A stretch of DNA of 64,000 nt from a candidate division FCPU426 bacterium (lineage in GTDB: Bacteria > Oederibacteriota > Muellerivitia > Muellerivitales > Muellerivitaceae). The notes below the pieces were generated by a model. The model made no database searches. It saw nothing but the letters and a program-made list of their open reading frames with translations, and was not told where the DNA came from. A program made the position numbers and the translations under genes. Shown piece after piece: positions 1 through 10,005 of this stretch; position 1 is the stretch's first letter; each line of letters opens with the position of its first letter. Location of the stretch: NCBI GenBank assembly GCA_963771075.1, contig CAVYSE010000021.1:15591-79590 (forward strand), given 5' to 3'.

Positions 1-659
1 TTGTCCGTGATTAAATGGAAGGGGACCTTGGCATGGGCGAGCTCGAAGGCCGTCAAGCGGGCGCCCTGCAAATAGGGCCGCGTCTCATCCACCCACACGT
101 GCACTTTCTTGTTCCGCCGATAGGCCTCCAGGATTCCCGCCAGGGCCGTTCCCTGCCCCCCGGTCGCCAAAGCCCCCGTGTTGCAATGGGTCATGATTTG
201 GGCGCGCCCCCTTAGGGCGTCCGCCCCAAAGCGGCCCAGCTTTTGGCACAGTATTTCATCTTCCCGGTGGATGGCGAGGGCCTCGCGCTCGATGGCCTTT
301 TTCTGGAAGCCGACCGGCTTCCCCCCGTTTTCCATGAGAAGTTCGCGCATCCGGTCCAAGGCCCAAAAAAGGTTGACGGCCGTGGGGCGGGTTTTCCTCA
401 GGCGGGCGATGCCCTTTTCCACCTGGTTCACGAACACTTGCGCGGAATTCGTCTTGGCGTTTTTCGCGCCCACCGCGACCCCATAGGCCGCGGTGACCCC
501 GATGGCCGGCGCGCCCCGGACCGTCATGTCCTCGATGGCCTTCGCGGTTTTCTCAACCGTGTCGCACTTGACCCAGACTTCTTTGAAAGGAAGCAACCGC
601 TGTTCTAGCAGGTAGAGAATTCCATTTTTCCACCGGATGGGCTTCAGGGCTTCGGTCAT
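1..659 (-). CDS. mtnA: S-methyl-5-thioribose-1-phosphate isomerase (3' end runs off the window)
   Basis: Not in the ORF track. Manual translation from ATG at 659 gives MTEALKPIRWKNGILYLLEQRLLP...EDMTVRGAPAIGVTAAYG, and later THCNTG and ETRP, all MtnA/eIF2B-like motifs. Confidence 0.93.
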   Translation of the reverse strand, partial: MTEALKPIRWKNGILYLLEQRLLPFKEVWVKCDTVEKTAKAIEDMTVRGAPAIGVTAAYGVAVGAKNAKTNSAQVFVNQVEKGIARLRKTRPTAVNLFWALDRMRELLMENGGKPVGFQKKAIEREALAIHREDEILCQKLGRFGADALRGRAQIMTHCNTGALATGGQGTALAGILEAYRRNKKVHVWVDETRPYLQGARLTAFELAHAKVPFHLITD

Positions 660-710
660 ATTCGCTCCTATTGGATATAAAAAGTCGTAACTGCTCAGGT
701 CAGGCAAGTC

Positions 711-1011
711 GTCATTGCGAGGGTCAGCCCCAACCCTTCGACTTTGCTCAGGGCCCTGAGGCTCTCGAAGGGTCGGGGCGGTTTGTCCTACGTTGCCCAA
801 TGGGCAACGTAAATCAGGACTATGCCGCTAACCCTTTGTCTTTTTTTGTAAAGCGGCATGAACCAGGCATGTAGTAGTTGGCCTGAATTCGGCCAACCAT
901 CCTGGGGCTTTAGCCCCAGGACAATCTCAGGTTGTACACCTTGAACCTACGGCAAAACCTGAGATTCCCACGTCGCAAAACGAGCCTATCGGCTCTGCTC
1001 CTCGGAATGAC
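711..1011. repeat. Nested REP-like palindrome mosaic
   Basis: Outer arms GTCATTGCGAG (711) and CTCGGAATGAC (ends 1011). Inner hairpins: CCCTTCGA...TCGAAGGG 734-772, TACGTTGCCCA-A-TGGGCAACGTA 789-811, GTTGGCC...GGCCAAC 877-897, CCTGGGGCT-TT-AGCCCCAGG 901-920. Confidence 0.8.
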
Positions 1012-1050
1012 TTCAAACCGAGACACTACCAAATGTTTTTTTGCTGTCCC

Positions 1051-1875
1051 TTATTTGCTTTCCAAGCTCATCGCCACTTCTTTCATCAAGGCCGTGAGTT
1101 TCGGTTCGGCTTCCTGCGCGTGCTTGATGATTTGGGTGATATCGGCGGGTTCCAGGGTGTCCGCCACGCACTTGTCCGTGACCACCGAAATGCCCAAAAC
1201 CTTCAATCCCGCGTGCACCGCCACGATCACCTCGGGAACGGTGGACATCCCCACCACATCCGCCAGGGTGGAAAGCCAGCGGTATTCGGCCCTCGTCTCG
1301 AGGTTGGGGCCGGTCACCGCAACATAAACCCCCTTCTGGACCTGGATCCGTTTATCCCAGGCGATCTTTTCCGTCAAGGCGATCAATTCCTTGGAATAGG
1401 GCTCCGCCATGTCGGGCCAGCGCGGCCCCAAGCGGTCGTCATTTTTGCCCAGGAGGGGGTTGTCCCCCATCATATTGATGTGGTCCTCGATGATCATGAG
1501 GTCGCCGGGATGGTAGGCGCGGTTCATCCCCCCGCAGGCGTTCGAGACCAGGAGATACTTCACCCCCAATTCCTTCATGACCCGGACGGGGAAAGTCACC
1601 TGCTGGAGCGTATAACCCTCGTAACGGTGAAACCTTCCCTTCATCGCCACCACGTCGGTTTTTCCCAATTGGCCGAACACCAATTCGCCCGCGTGGGATT
1701 CCACGGTCGAAAGCGGGAAATGGGGGATCTGGCCATAGGGCAGGACCTGGGGGTTTTTGATCTCATGCGCCAAGGCTCCCAGCCCGGTGCCCAGGATGAT
1801 CCCCACCTTCGGTTTGGCCTTGATCGTCTTCTTGATCTCCCGAACGGATTCCTGGACTTGATCGAATATTTCCAT
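1051..1875 (-). CDS. punA: Purine-nucleoside phosphorylase, trimeric PNP-I type
   Basis: GIILGTGLG, STVESHAG, GRFHRYEGY, GPNLETRAE and VGMSTVPEV motifs. Confidence 0.92.
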   Translation of the reverse strand: MEIFDQVQESVREIKKTIKAKPKVGIILGTGLGALAHEIKNPQVLPYGQIPHFPLSTVESHAGELVFGQLGKTDVVAMKGRFHRYEGYTLQQVTFPVRVMKELGVKYLLVSNACGGMNRAYHPGDLMIIEDHINMMGDNPLLGKNDDRLGPRWPDMAEPYSKELIALTEKIAWDKRIQVQKGVYVAVTGPNLETRAEYRWLSTLADVVGMSTVPEVIVAVHAGLKVLGISVVTDKCVADTLEPADITQIIKHAQEAEPKLTALMKEVAMSLESK

Positions 1876-1888
1876 TGCGCCCTCTCCT

Positions 1889-2200
1889 TCAAACGGCTTT
1901 GAGATTTTTTTCCAAAACCCGAGTCACCTCGGGGATGTTCATTCCCCTCAACTTGACCACCTTATGGCGGGACGCCTTGCCCCGTTCCACCGTCAAATCC
2001 GTCTTCGCGGCGCCCAGCAAATCGGAGATAAAACGCAGGAGCGCCTCGTTCGCCGCGCCCTCCACCGGGGGCGCCATGATTTTTATTTTCAATTCCCCGT
2101 TTTCGACCCCCACCACCCGGTTCCGGGCGGAACGGGGCACCAGCTTGACCCGTAATAAACAATCCCCTTCCACCTGGCGCAAAACCGAGTCCCATTCCAT
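1889..2200 (-). CDS. yggU: DUF167/YggU family protein
   Basis: APPVEGAANEAL and GKASRHK motifs; lies in the yggS-proC-yggT cluster. Confidence 0.9.
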   Translation of the reverse strand: MEWDSVLRQVEGDCLLRVKLVPRSARNRVVGVENGELKIKIMAPPVEGAANEALLRFISDLLGAAKTDLTVERGKASRHKVVKLRGMNIPEVTRVLEKNLKAV

Positions 2201-2204
2201 CCAT

Positions 2205-2486
2205 TCACCCCCTCAGGGCGAAGCCCCAGAGGCAGAGCCACGGAATCCCGAACCGGCCCAGCATCCACAGGATGAAAGCCAACCCCAATCCCCGGCTGTC
2301 AAAGCCGTTCCATTGGAACGAAAACCAGCTCCGGCAAGGTTTCAGCAAGGGTAACGTCAGGTAAAAAAAGAGCTTCCGCACCGGGTTGAGGAAGCTTCCC
2401 GGCAGGGAATGGAAGAGCCAATCCATCATCAAAACCAGGGCATAAACGTTGCAAAACAGGGTGAGTAAAAGGGCCAGGAAGATCAT
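2205..2486 (-). CDS. yggT: YggT-like membrane protein
   Basis: Small hydrophobic protein with NPVRKLFFYLTLPLLKP...GFDS, between proC and yggU. Confidence 0.7.
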   Translation of the reverse strand: MIFLALLLTLFCNVYALVLMMDWLFHSLPGSFLNPVRKLFFYLTLPLLKPCRSWFSFQWNGFDSRGLGLAFILWMLGRFGIPWLCLWGFALRG

Positions 2487-3307
2487 GACTCGGCCATCCG
2501 GCGCAGTTCCGCCCCGCGGTTTACGGCCGATTGGATCGCGGCTTCCACCGTCTCTTTAAATTTTCCCACGGCCATCGCTTCCAGGGCGGCCTGGGTGGTC
2601 CCCCCGGGGGAAGTCACCTGGGCCCTCAGTTCCTCGGGCGTTTTACCCGTTTCCAAAATCATCCGGGCCGCGCCCAGGGCCGTTTGGGCGGCCAATAATT
2701 TCGCGACCTCCGGTTTCAAGCCGCCGCGAACGCCTTGTTCCACCATGATCTCCACCATGTGGAAAAAATAAGCCGGTCCGCTTCCCGAAAGGGCGGTGAC
2801 GAGATCCATCTGGTCTTCCCTGACCTCCACCGCCTTCCCCACCGCCGAGAAGAGTTCCAGGACCCTTTGGACATGCTTTTTTTTCGCCCTTCCGCCCCCG
2901 GCCACCGCCGCCATTCCGGCGCCGAGCAATGCGGGGGTATTGGGCATGACCCGGACGACGGGGCATCCTTGGGGAAGGAACTTCTCGATTTGCCGGGTCG
3001 AAATCCCGGCGGCGATGGATACCACCAGGGCCTCGCGGGGAAAAAGGGGGCCCGCCTGGGCCAGGAGGCCCTTCATTTGCTGGGGCTTCGTCGCCAGGAG
3101 GACCAGATCCGCCCGGGGCAGAATCTTGGTCGGATCGGTTTGGGTTTTGATCTTGAGGGGACCCGCCGATTTTCTCAGCTTGGCCCCGTCGATATCGACC
3201 GCCGTGATTCGGGAGGCGGGAATCATCCGGTTACGGACCCATCCCCGGACCAAGGCGCTGCCCATGGCCCCAAAGCCCAATACCACCGTGTCTTGTTTGT
3301 TTTTCAT
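2483..3307 (-). CDS. proC: Pyrroline-5-carboxylate reductase
   Basis: GFGAMG, RVMPNTP, TALSGSGPAY and VTSPGGTT motifs; start moved to ATG 3307 (MKNKQ). Confidence 0.96.
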   Translation of the reverse strand: MKNKQDTVVLGFGAMGSALVRGWVRNRMIPASRITAVDIDGAKLRKSAGPLKIKTQTDPTKILPRADLVLLATKPQQMKGLLAQAGPLFPREALVVSIAAGISTRQIEKFLPQGCPVVRVMPNTPALLGAGMAAVAGGGRAKKKHVQRVLELFSAVGKAVEVREDQMDLVTALSGSGPAYFFHMVEIMVEQGVRGGLKPEVAKLLAAQTALGAARMILETGKTPEELRAQVTSPGGTTQAALEAMAVGKFKETVEAAIQSAVNRGAELRRMAES

Positions 3308-3393
3308 GGTTCCATCCTCATTCCCGACATTGTAGCGGGCCCCGATAGGCGGCACGAATTTTTTATTTTAAGAATTTCTAACAAAATCCAATA

Positions 3394-3585
3394 TTTACCA
3401 CAGAGACACGGAGACACAGAGTAAACCCGGACAATTGGTTTAAGATTCCTTGAGTTTAGAAATATTTTTTCCTGTCCCCTTTCGCCCAAAAGGCGAAAGA
3501 AAACGGGACAATACCGACCCCATTTAATGTCTTATGGATGGTCGGCATGTGCCTCTGTGGCCGCCAAAGGCGGCCTGTGGTGAAA
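3394..3585. repeat. Intergenic miniature inverted-repeat element (CACAGAG-type arms)
   Basis: Left arm TTTACCACAGAGACACGGAGACACAGAG; right arm GCCTCTGTGGCCGCCAAAGGCGGCCTGTGGTGAAA; internal TGTCCC...GGGACA hairpin. Confidence 0.7.
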
Positions 3586-3604
3586 TTAGGTTTTGTTATA
3601 GTCT

Positions 3605-4279
3605 CTAAGTCCTGCCGCCAAAGAGGGCGGACCCCACCCTCACCAGGGTCGAACCTTCTTCGATCGCCATTTCAAAATCACCGCTCATTCCCATCGAAAG
3701 AATGTCGAAAGCGGGACCGGCGCTCCCGGCCGCCCGGTCAAAAAGTTCCTTGAGGGTTTTAAACGCGTCCCTTTGCCGCGCGGCGTCCTCCGTCAAGGGC
3801 CCCACCGTCATCAGGCCGCGCAAACGAAGTTTGGGCAAGGAACCGATTTCCCGGATCGCCGCCAGGGCCCGATCCGGCGGAATCCCGGATTTGGACGTTT
3901 CGCCCGAGGTATTGACCTCCAGCAAAATGTCCTGGGGGTTTTCGCCCAATCGTTTGGAGAGGGCCTGGGCCAAGTCCACCCCGTCGATGGAGTGGATCAA
4001 ATCGAACTTGCCGATGGTTTTATTGATCTTGTTGGTCTGAAGCTGGCCGATGAGATGCCAATGGATGTCTTGGGGGAGGAAAGGCATTTTTTCGAGCGAT
4101 TCCTGGACGCGGTTCTCGCCGAAATGGCGGAGGCCGCAATCGTAGGCCGCTTGGATGGTTTCAGCCGGGAAGGTTTTGGTCACCGCCAACAGGGAAACCG
4201 ATTGCGGGGGGCGCCCCGACCGCGCGGCCGCTTCCCCCATGCGGCCCCGAATCTCGCTAATTCGCTGGGCAATATTCAC
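3605..4279 (-). CDS. yggS: PLP homeostasis protein, YggS family
   Basis: AVTKT, FGENRVQE, WHLIGQLQTNK, LSMGMSGD and VRVGSALFG motifs. Confidence 0.96.
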   Translation of the reverse strand: MNIAQRISEIRGRMGEAAARSGRPPQSVSLLAVTKTFPAETIQAAYDCGLRHFGENRVQESLEKMPFLPQDIHWHLIGQLQTNKINKTIGKFDLIHSIDGVDLAQALSKRLGENPQDILLEVNTSGETSKSGIPPDRALAAIREIGSLPKLRLRGLMTVGPLTEDAARQRDAFKTLKELFDRAAGSAGPAFDILSMGMSGDFEMAIEEGSTLVRVGSALFGGRT

Positions 4280-4308
4280 GCATGCCGCCCTTGGCCTTTA
4301 TTGGAAGA

Positions 4309-5247
4309 TCAGGACTTTTTCTTGGGGCCTGAAAGGAGGTTCCATTCCACGAGAATGGGGCTCGCCACGAAAACCGATGAATAGGTACCCACGATCACGC
4401 CCGCCAGGAGGGTCATGGCGAAGTCTTTCAAGGTGTCGCTTCCCATGATGCAAAGGGGTAAAAGGGTCAGGAACACTGTCAAACTCGTGTTAATCGTCCG
4501 GCTGAGGGTCTCATTCACGCTCAAATTGACCAGCCCGGAAAAGGTTTGATCCTTCAGCAATAGCCTCATGTTTTCCCGGATACGGTCGAAATTAACCACC
4601 GTATCGTTCAGGGAGTAACCCGCCAGGGTCAAGAGGGCCGTGACCTGCAGGAGGTTGAATTCCCTGCCCGTCAGGATGATGAAGCCCAGGATCACCAGGA
4701 TGTCGTGGAAGGTCGTGATGATGGCCGCCACGGCGAACCTGAAATCGAACCTCCAGGCGATGTAGATCAGGATCCCGAACATGGCGATCATGAAAGCGTT
4801 GGTGGCGTCTTCCCGCAATTTTTGGGAAACCGCCGGACCGACCTCGTCGGAGCCGTCCAACACGAAATGGGCGTCCGGGAAATTCTTGTTAAATACGGTC
4901 AAGACTTCCTCGCCGATGCTGCCCACCGCCTTGGTCGGGTCGTGCTTGATCTTGATGATCATCTTGAATGAATTGGAGGTGGAATCGTCCTTGACCTGCT
5001 GGATTTGGGCCTCGGGAAATCCTTCCCCCTTCAAGGTTTGCCGGATGGGGTCCAGGTCCACGGCCTTTTGGGACGATATCCTTAATTGGACACCCGCCCC
5101 GAAATCCGTACCGAGATTGGCCTTGCCCTGGTAAAGCAAAACAATGGCGTAAACCCCGGCCAAACAGGCCAAGCCGGAAAGCCCCAGGAAAAACCTGCGG
5201 ACCTTCATGAAGTCGATTTTCGGTTCCTTAAACCACTGAAACATCAT
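4309..5247 (-). CDS. secF: Protein translocase subunit SecF
   Basis: GTDFGAG, VGPAVS, GYSLNDTVVNFDRIRE and TLSRTINTS motifs. Confidence 0.96.
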   Translation of the reverse strand: MMFQWFKEPKIDFMKVRRFFLGLSGLACLAGVYAIVLLYQGKANLGTDFGAGVQLRISSQKAVDLDPIRQTLKGEGFPEAQIQQVKDDSTSNSFKMIIKIKHDPTKAVGSIGEEVLTVFNKNFPDAHFVLDGSDEVGPAVSQKLREDATNAFMIAMFGILIYIAWRFDFRFAVAAIITTFHDILVILGFIILTGREFNLLQVTALLTLAGYSLNDTVVNFDRIRENMRLLLKDQTFSGLVNLSVNETLSRTINTSLTVFLTLLPLCIMGSDTLKDFAMTLLAGVIVGTYSSVFVASPILVEWNLLSGPKKKS

Positions 5248-5266
5248 TGGGATGCCTTTCCGTTCG

Positions 5267-6568
5267 TTAAATGCTTAAGCCTTGGTATTCCTTGCGGGCG
5301 TCAAAAATCATCTTGGTAATCACGACGGCGGTAAAGAGGCTGAGGGCCACGCCCAAACTCAGGGTCACGGCGAATCCCTTGATGGGCCCCGTCCCGAACT
5401 GGAACAAGACCGCGGCCGAAATGAGCGTGGTGACATGGGTGTCGATAATGGCCACCAGGGCGCGATGGTAACCCGCGTCGATGGCGGACCGGATGGTTTT
5501 TCCCGCCTTCAGTTCCTCGCGGATACGCTCGAAAATAAGGACGTTGGAATCAACCGACAATCCCAAGGTCAGGATGATGCCGGCGATACCCGGAAGGGTC
5601 AAAGTGGCCTGCAGGAGGGACAAACAACCCATCAGGAAAATCAGGTTCACCAAAAGCCCGACGTTGGCGATGATCCCGGAGACCTGGTAATAAATGGCCA
5701 TGAAAACCAGCACCAGTAGGAGCCCGTAAATGGCCGCCCAAGTTCCCTTCTTAACCGAATCCGCCCCCAAGGTCGGACCCACCTGGAATTGCCCGGTCAC
5801 TTTTAAGGGAGCCGGTAACGCGCCCGCCTGGAGGATGAGCGCCAGGTCCTTGGCTTCCTCATCCGTAAAACTCCCGGTAATCTGCCCCTGGCCCCCGGGA
5901 ATGCGGGTTTGAATGTTGGGCGCCGAATAGACCTTGTTGTCGAGGACGATCGCCAAATGCCGGTTAATGTTCTCGCCGGTAATGATCCCGAATTTGTGGC
6001 CCCCCTCCGCGTTCATTTTAAAGGAGATGATGGGGCGGCCATATTGATCCGTAATGACCTTCGCTTCCACCAGGGAGGCGCCCGTTAGGAGCACGTCTTC
6101 CAATAGGTAACCGCCCTCTTCCTTGCCGGGAAAATAAGTAATCCCCTTGGGAAGTTTGGCCGGGTCGATCTTTCCGTCCTTATCCTGGTAATCCGATTCA
6201 CGCAAATTGGAAACTAAACGAAATTCCAACTGCGCCGTTGAAAGGATCACATCCCTGGCGCGCTTGATATCGCTTAAGCCCGGCAGCTGGATGACGATAC
6301 CGTCGGTCCCTTCCCGCTCCAAAACGGGCTCGCTGACGCCCAGCCCATCCACGCGATTTCTCAGGATTTCCAGGGCGCGGTCGGCCGCTTGGGAGATTTC
6401 ATCCTCGGTTTTGCCCTGCATTTTGTCCCGGTCAACGGCCATGTTCATATGCAATCCGCCCTTAATATCCAATCCCAACTTGAGTTTTTTGGAGGGGGGA
6501 TAAAGCACATAAATACAACCAAATACCATTAGCAGAACCACAATGGCCATCAACTTTTGTGCGGTCAC
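5267..6568 (-). CDS. secD: Protein translocase subunit SecD
   Basis: LGLDIKGG, RVDGLGVSEP, AGALPAPL, VGPTLGADS, DSNVLIFERIREE and GTGPIKGFA motifs. Confidence 0.96.
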   Translation of the reverse strand: MTAQKLMAIVVLLMVFGCIYVLYPPSKKLKLGLDIKGGLHMNMAVDRDKMQGKTEDEISQAADRALEILRNRVDGLGVSEPVLEREGTDGIVIQLPGLSDIKRARDVILSTAQLEFRLVSNLRESDYQDKDGKIDPAKLPKGITYFPGKEEGGYLLEDVLLTGASLVEAKVITDQYGRPIISFKMNAEGGHKFGIITGENINRHLAIVLDNKVYSAPNIQTRIPGGQGQITGSFTDEEAKDLALILQAGALPAPLKVTGQFQVGPTLGADSVKKGTWAAIYGLLLVLVFMAIYYQVSGIIANVGLLVNLIFLMGCLSLLQATLTLPGIAGIILTLGLSVDSNVLIFERIREELKAGKTIRSAIDAGYHRALVAIIDTHVTTLISAAVLFQFGTGPIKGFAVTLSLGVALSLFTAVVITKMIFDARKEYQGLSI

Positions 6569-6767
6569 GGAAAACCTTTCAAGGAATGGGATTTTATGAA
6601 ATTGAAGGCCTTCTCAGGGCACTTCTCGGGGAAAAACGGTGGCAGTATAGAAAAAAAACCGAAAAACTGTCAATAAAATGCGGTAGGGATAGGGTTCCGG
6701 TTTGGGGTCCTTGTCACCTTGGGCCCGAAGGCCCATGAAACAAGACTATACCAACCTCTTTATTGGG

Positions 6768-7181
6768 TCATTGCGTCGGCACGGACGCCTTATGGGGCGC
6801 TTTTAACACGCCTTTCAGTTGTTCCCGCAACATGTCGGGCGATATGACACCCACCCAGTTTTTGACTACCTTGCCTTTTTTTAATACGAATGTCGCCGGG
6901 ATGGCCGATATATTAAATTGCCGGTCCAAATTAGGGTTATCATCCACGTTCACCCGGCAAACCTTTAGCTTATTTCCATAGTCTTTGGCGACTTCATCCA
7001 CCACAGGTCCATACATCCGGCAGGGGCCGCACCAGGTCGCCCAAAAATCGATCAAGACGGGCACCTTTGAGTTTAAAACGTCTTTCTGGAAGCTGTCATC
7101 GGTGGTGTTGATCACTTGGCCGAAACCCATGGCGGGCGCGCACAGGAGGATCAAAAGCAGTACTTTTTTGAAGAAGGGCAA
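6768..7181 (-). CDS. Thioredoxin with an N-terminal signal-peptide-like extension
   Basis: WATWCGPC active site; N-terminus KKVLLLILLCAPAMGFG/Q looks like a Sec signal. Confidence 0.85.
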   Translation of the reverse strand: MPFFKKVLLLILLCAPAMGFGQVINTTDDSFQKDVLNSKVPVLIDFWATWCGPCRMYGPVVDEVAKDYGNKLKVCRVNVDDNPNLDRQFNISAIPATFVLKKGKVVKNWVGVISPDMLREQLKGVLKAPHKASVPTQ

Positions 7182-7231
7182 AAGAACCTCAATCCGATCA
7201 ACCAGGGTAACCGCGACTTACCATCCAGGCC

Positions 7232-7558
7232 TTAACCCAGGACTTCCCCTATTTCACTTACCAATTTCGACTTCGGATGGGCACCGACCAGTTGTTTCAC
7301 CATTTGCCCGTTTTTGAAAAACAAGAGGGTGGGTATGCTTCGGATATGGTAGTCCATTGAAACCTGCTGGTTTTCATCCACATTGACCTTGGCGATCTTG
7401 ATTTTTCCGTCATATTCCTTGGCCAATTCATCCAAGACCGGGCCTACCATCCGGCAGGGGCCGCACCATTCCGCCCAGAAATCCACCAAAACAGGCTCTT
7501 TCGCCTCTAACACGTCTTTTTTGAAATTTCCATCGGTGGTGTGAACGGTAGCGCCCAT
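7232..7558 (-). CDS. trxA: Thioredoxin
   Basis: [10 protein letters not shown] and IRSIPTL motifs; 108 aa. Confidence 0.96.
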   Translation of the reverse strand: MGATVHTTDGNFKKDVLEAKEPVLVDFWAEWCGPCRMVGPVLDELAKEYDGKIKIAKVNVDENQQVSMDYHIRSIPTLLFFKNGQMVKQLVGAHPKSKLVSEIGEVLG

Positions 7559-7679
7559 GAATTCCTCCAGTCAAGATCAATGCAGGGCACTTTCTTCCGC
7601 CCTTCACCTGTGAGAATCAGTTTAGGAACCACAACTGGTAGTGTCAAGGACCCCGGTTGGTTCCGACGGAACCCGGCGC

Positions 7680-9041
7680 CTAGGGTTCAGGCCCTTTTAA
7701 ATCCCAAAGACTCGCCCTCAACCGGGGCGTTAACCCTTGGGGGACTCCTTCCAAACAAATAACCCTTTTACCGAATCTTTCCAAATAAGCCTCTTTTTGA
7801 TCCGCGAGCAAAACCCAGCAAATGCCCTCGTCCGATCGAATCCAGCTTTGAATTGGAACCTTTTTTTTCAGGAGAATTTCAGCCGCTTTGAAAAAGGCTT
7901 CCGAGGATTGATCGTCCCTGAAGGAGAGGTAAGAGGTCAAAAGGATGGAGGAATCGCTGGTCGCCTCGTAGGCTTGAACCCCATCCCCTTTCCATCCCTG
8001 AACCGCCCGCGAGGCCTCCTCTTTTTCAACATAATTTCCCAATACGCTTTCCCAGCCGTATTCCCCCAGGGAATTCTTCCAGATGAGCCGGTAATCCCGA
8101 AGCAAGGTTTGGGTCAAATCCTCCAATTCCACCCTGACGAAAGGCAGGGGTTTGGGACAATACCCGTTTAGCTCAATGATTTGTTGGGTCGATCGCGGTG
8201 GGTTTTGATATACCTCTCCCGCGCTTTTCCATCCATGGAGCCGGACCCAGCGCTGAAAAAAAGTCACGCCGTAGACATAGGGAAAGTTGATGGGATCGGC
8301 GGACAGGGCCCTTTTCCCCACGGCTTTAAGCCCGTTCCTTTCCAACATTTGGCCCAGCTCGACCCAGGGCGCGATGTCCCCGATGCGCGTAAAATCCTTT
8401 CCTTCCTCCCTGAGTTTCCAGTCCAGGGACAACCCCTCCGCCTCGCCCTCGATCATCGCGGTACGGGCGAACTGCTCGTCCAGCGTGAACGAACTTTGTT
8501 CCCTCAATTCGCTTCCCAGGTCGAATTGCATGTCTTGAAGGGCGTGGACCAACTCATGGGCCATGACCCTTTCCTGGTTGCCCGGGCTGATACCCCGGAG
8601 CAAATAAAGGGTTTTGGTATCCGGATCGTAAAGCCCCTGGACCAGGGTTAGGAACAGGCGCAAATAAGTCGTGATCAGGTCGTCGTTTTTCCCGAGCAGG
8701 CCAAGGGCCCGAAAGGCCGCCTCATCATTTTCTTTTTCAGGGGACGGATATTGGGATTGGAGCCGCCTCAGGTAATACCGCGCGAAAAATTCCTTGTCCG
8801 CCAAGGCGAGTTTCACTTTCCTCGTGATGGGGACTCCCCGCATAACGGACAATTCTTGGAGGATGCCGTCCGCTTCCTGGGCCAATTCATCCTGGGTTTG
8901 AAGGGAGGCGATCCCTTCCAGGTTAACGTTGGGAAGGGGGGCGGCCCGGACGCCCAAGGGGATCAAGAAAATCGAGGATAGCCCCAAAAGCCCCGGGAAC
9001 CCCAGCCGCTTAGCCCCGTAGAAAACGGTACCCCTCCTCAA
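7680..9041 (-). CDS. Secreted putative zinc metallopeptidase-like protein (HEXXH)
   Basis: GLYDPDTK...HELVHALQD...EGEA...FPYVYG...PPRSTQQI; signal-like N-terminus; exact start uncertain. Confidence 0.7.
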   Translation of the reverse strand: MRRGTVFYGAKRLGFPGLLGLSSIFLIPLGVRAAPLPNVNLEGIASLQTQDELAQEADGILQELSVMRGVPITRKVKLALADKEFFARYYLRRLQSQYPSPEKENDEAAFRALGLLGKNDDLITTYLRLFLTLVQGLYDPDTKTLYLLRGISPGNQERVMAHELVHALQDMQFDLGSELREQSSFTLDEQFARTAMIEGEAEGLSLDWKLREEGKDFTRIGDIAPWVELGQMLERNGLKAVGKRALSADPINFPYVYGVTFFQRWVRLHGWKSAGEVYQNPPRSTQQIIELNGYCPKPLPFVRVELEDLTQTLLRDYRLIWKNSLGEYGWESVLGNYVEKEEASRAVQGWKGDGVQAYEATSDSSILLTSYLSFRDDQSSEAFFKAAEILLKKKVPIQSWIRSDEGICWVLLADQKEAYLERFGKRVICLEGVPQGLTPRLRASLWDLKGPEP

Positions 9042-10005
9042 TCATGCGCAAAACCTCCAAACCGTCCCGGCCCGAGGTGGAGGGTTGGGTTCCCTTCCGG
9101 ATGGATTCGACAAAATGCCCATAAATGGTCGGGCTGAAACTCCGGGAGGATAGCGGCGGATGGCTTTTCCCCTTGGAGTTTAAAAGGGAAAGGGTGATCG
9201 GGTCCCCTTTTGAAAGATTGACCGCCAAGGTTCCCTTGGAACCGTAAAAGATGAAGTGATTGTGGTATTCCGCGTCCATCCAACCGACGCTGACGTTTCC
9301 CACGATACCGCCCTGGAATTCAATCAAACAGGCGCAATGGAGTTCCGGGGCGGTCCTTTTTTTATTACGGCCGGGAACGGCCAGGGCGCCCTTCACCACC
9401 CCTTCCCTTTCCAGCATGAAGCGGAGGGTGTCGAAAGGATGGGAACCCAGGTCCATGAGGGCCCCCCCTCCCGATTTCAGGAGGTCAAAAAACCAGTCGG
9501 CGTTTTGGCTCCAAGCCCGGGGCCCCCGGTGGGTCAAATTGGCCTTAAAAGCCAATACCTTCCCGATGCTTCCCCGGTCCAGGATTTCCTTCGCGCTTCG
9601 GATGGCCGGGTCGAACCTCATGTTGTGATGCACCATGAGGACCCTTTTGCGCGCCTTCGCGGCCCGGACCATCCGCGTGCCTTCGCGATGGCTCACGGCC
9701 ATCGGTTTCTCGACCAATACGTGTTTCCCCCTGGCCAAAGCCGCCAGGGTGATGGGCAGGTGGGTGAAATTGGGCGTGCAGATGGAGACCGCGTCTAAAT
9801 GATCCGAGTCCAACATCTTCCGCCAATCGGTGAATATGTGGGGAATGCCGTAGCGCAGGGCGACTTGCCGGGCATGGTCTTCCCTTTTGGAGTGGACCGC
9901 CGTCAGGACGCAGTTGGGCGTTTTGGCGTAACCGGGCAAATGGGCCTTCAGGGCGATTTGCCCCAGGCCGATGACACCGATGCGCACGGGATTGGTTTTG
10001 TTCAT
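9010..10005 (-). CDS. Gfo/Idh/MocA oxidoreductase
   Basis: GVIGLGQI, ICTPNFTH, HVLVEKP and GGGALMDLGSH motifs. Confidence 0.93.
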   Translation of the reverse strand: MNKTNPVRIGVIGLGQIALKAHLPGYAKTPNCVLTAVHSKREDHARQVALRYGIPHIFTDWRKMLDSDHLDAVSICTPNFTHLPITLAALARGKHVLVEKPMAVSHREGTRMVRAAKARKRVLMVHHNMRFDPAIRSAKEILDRGSIGKVLAFKANLTHRGPRAWSQNADWFFDLLKSGGGALMDLGSHPFDTLRFMLEREGVVKGALAVPGRNKKRTAPELHCACLIEFQGGIVGNVSVGWMDAEYHNHFIFYGSKGTLAVNLSKGDPITLSLLNSKGKSHPPLSSRSFSPTIYGHFVESIRKGTQPSTSGRDGLEVLRMIEEGYRFLRG

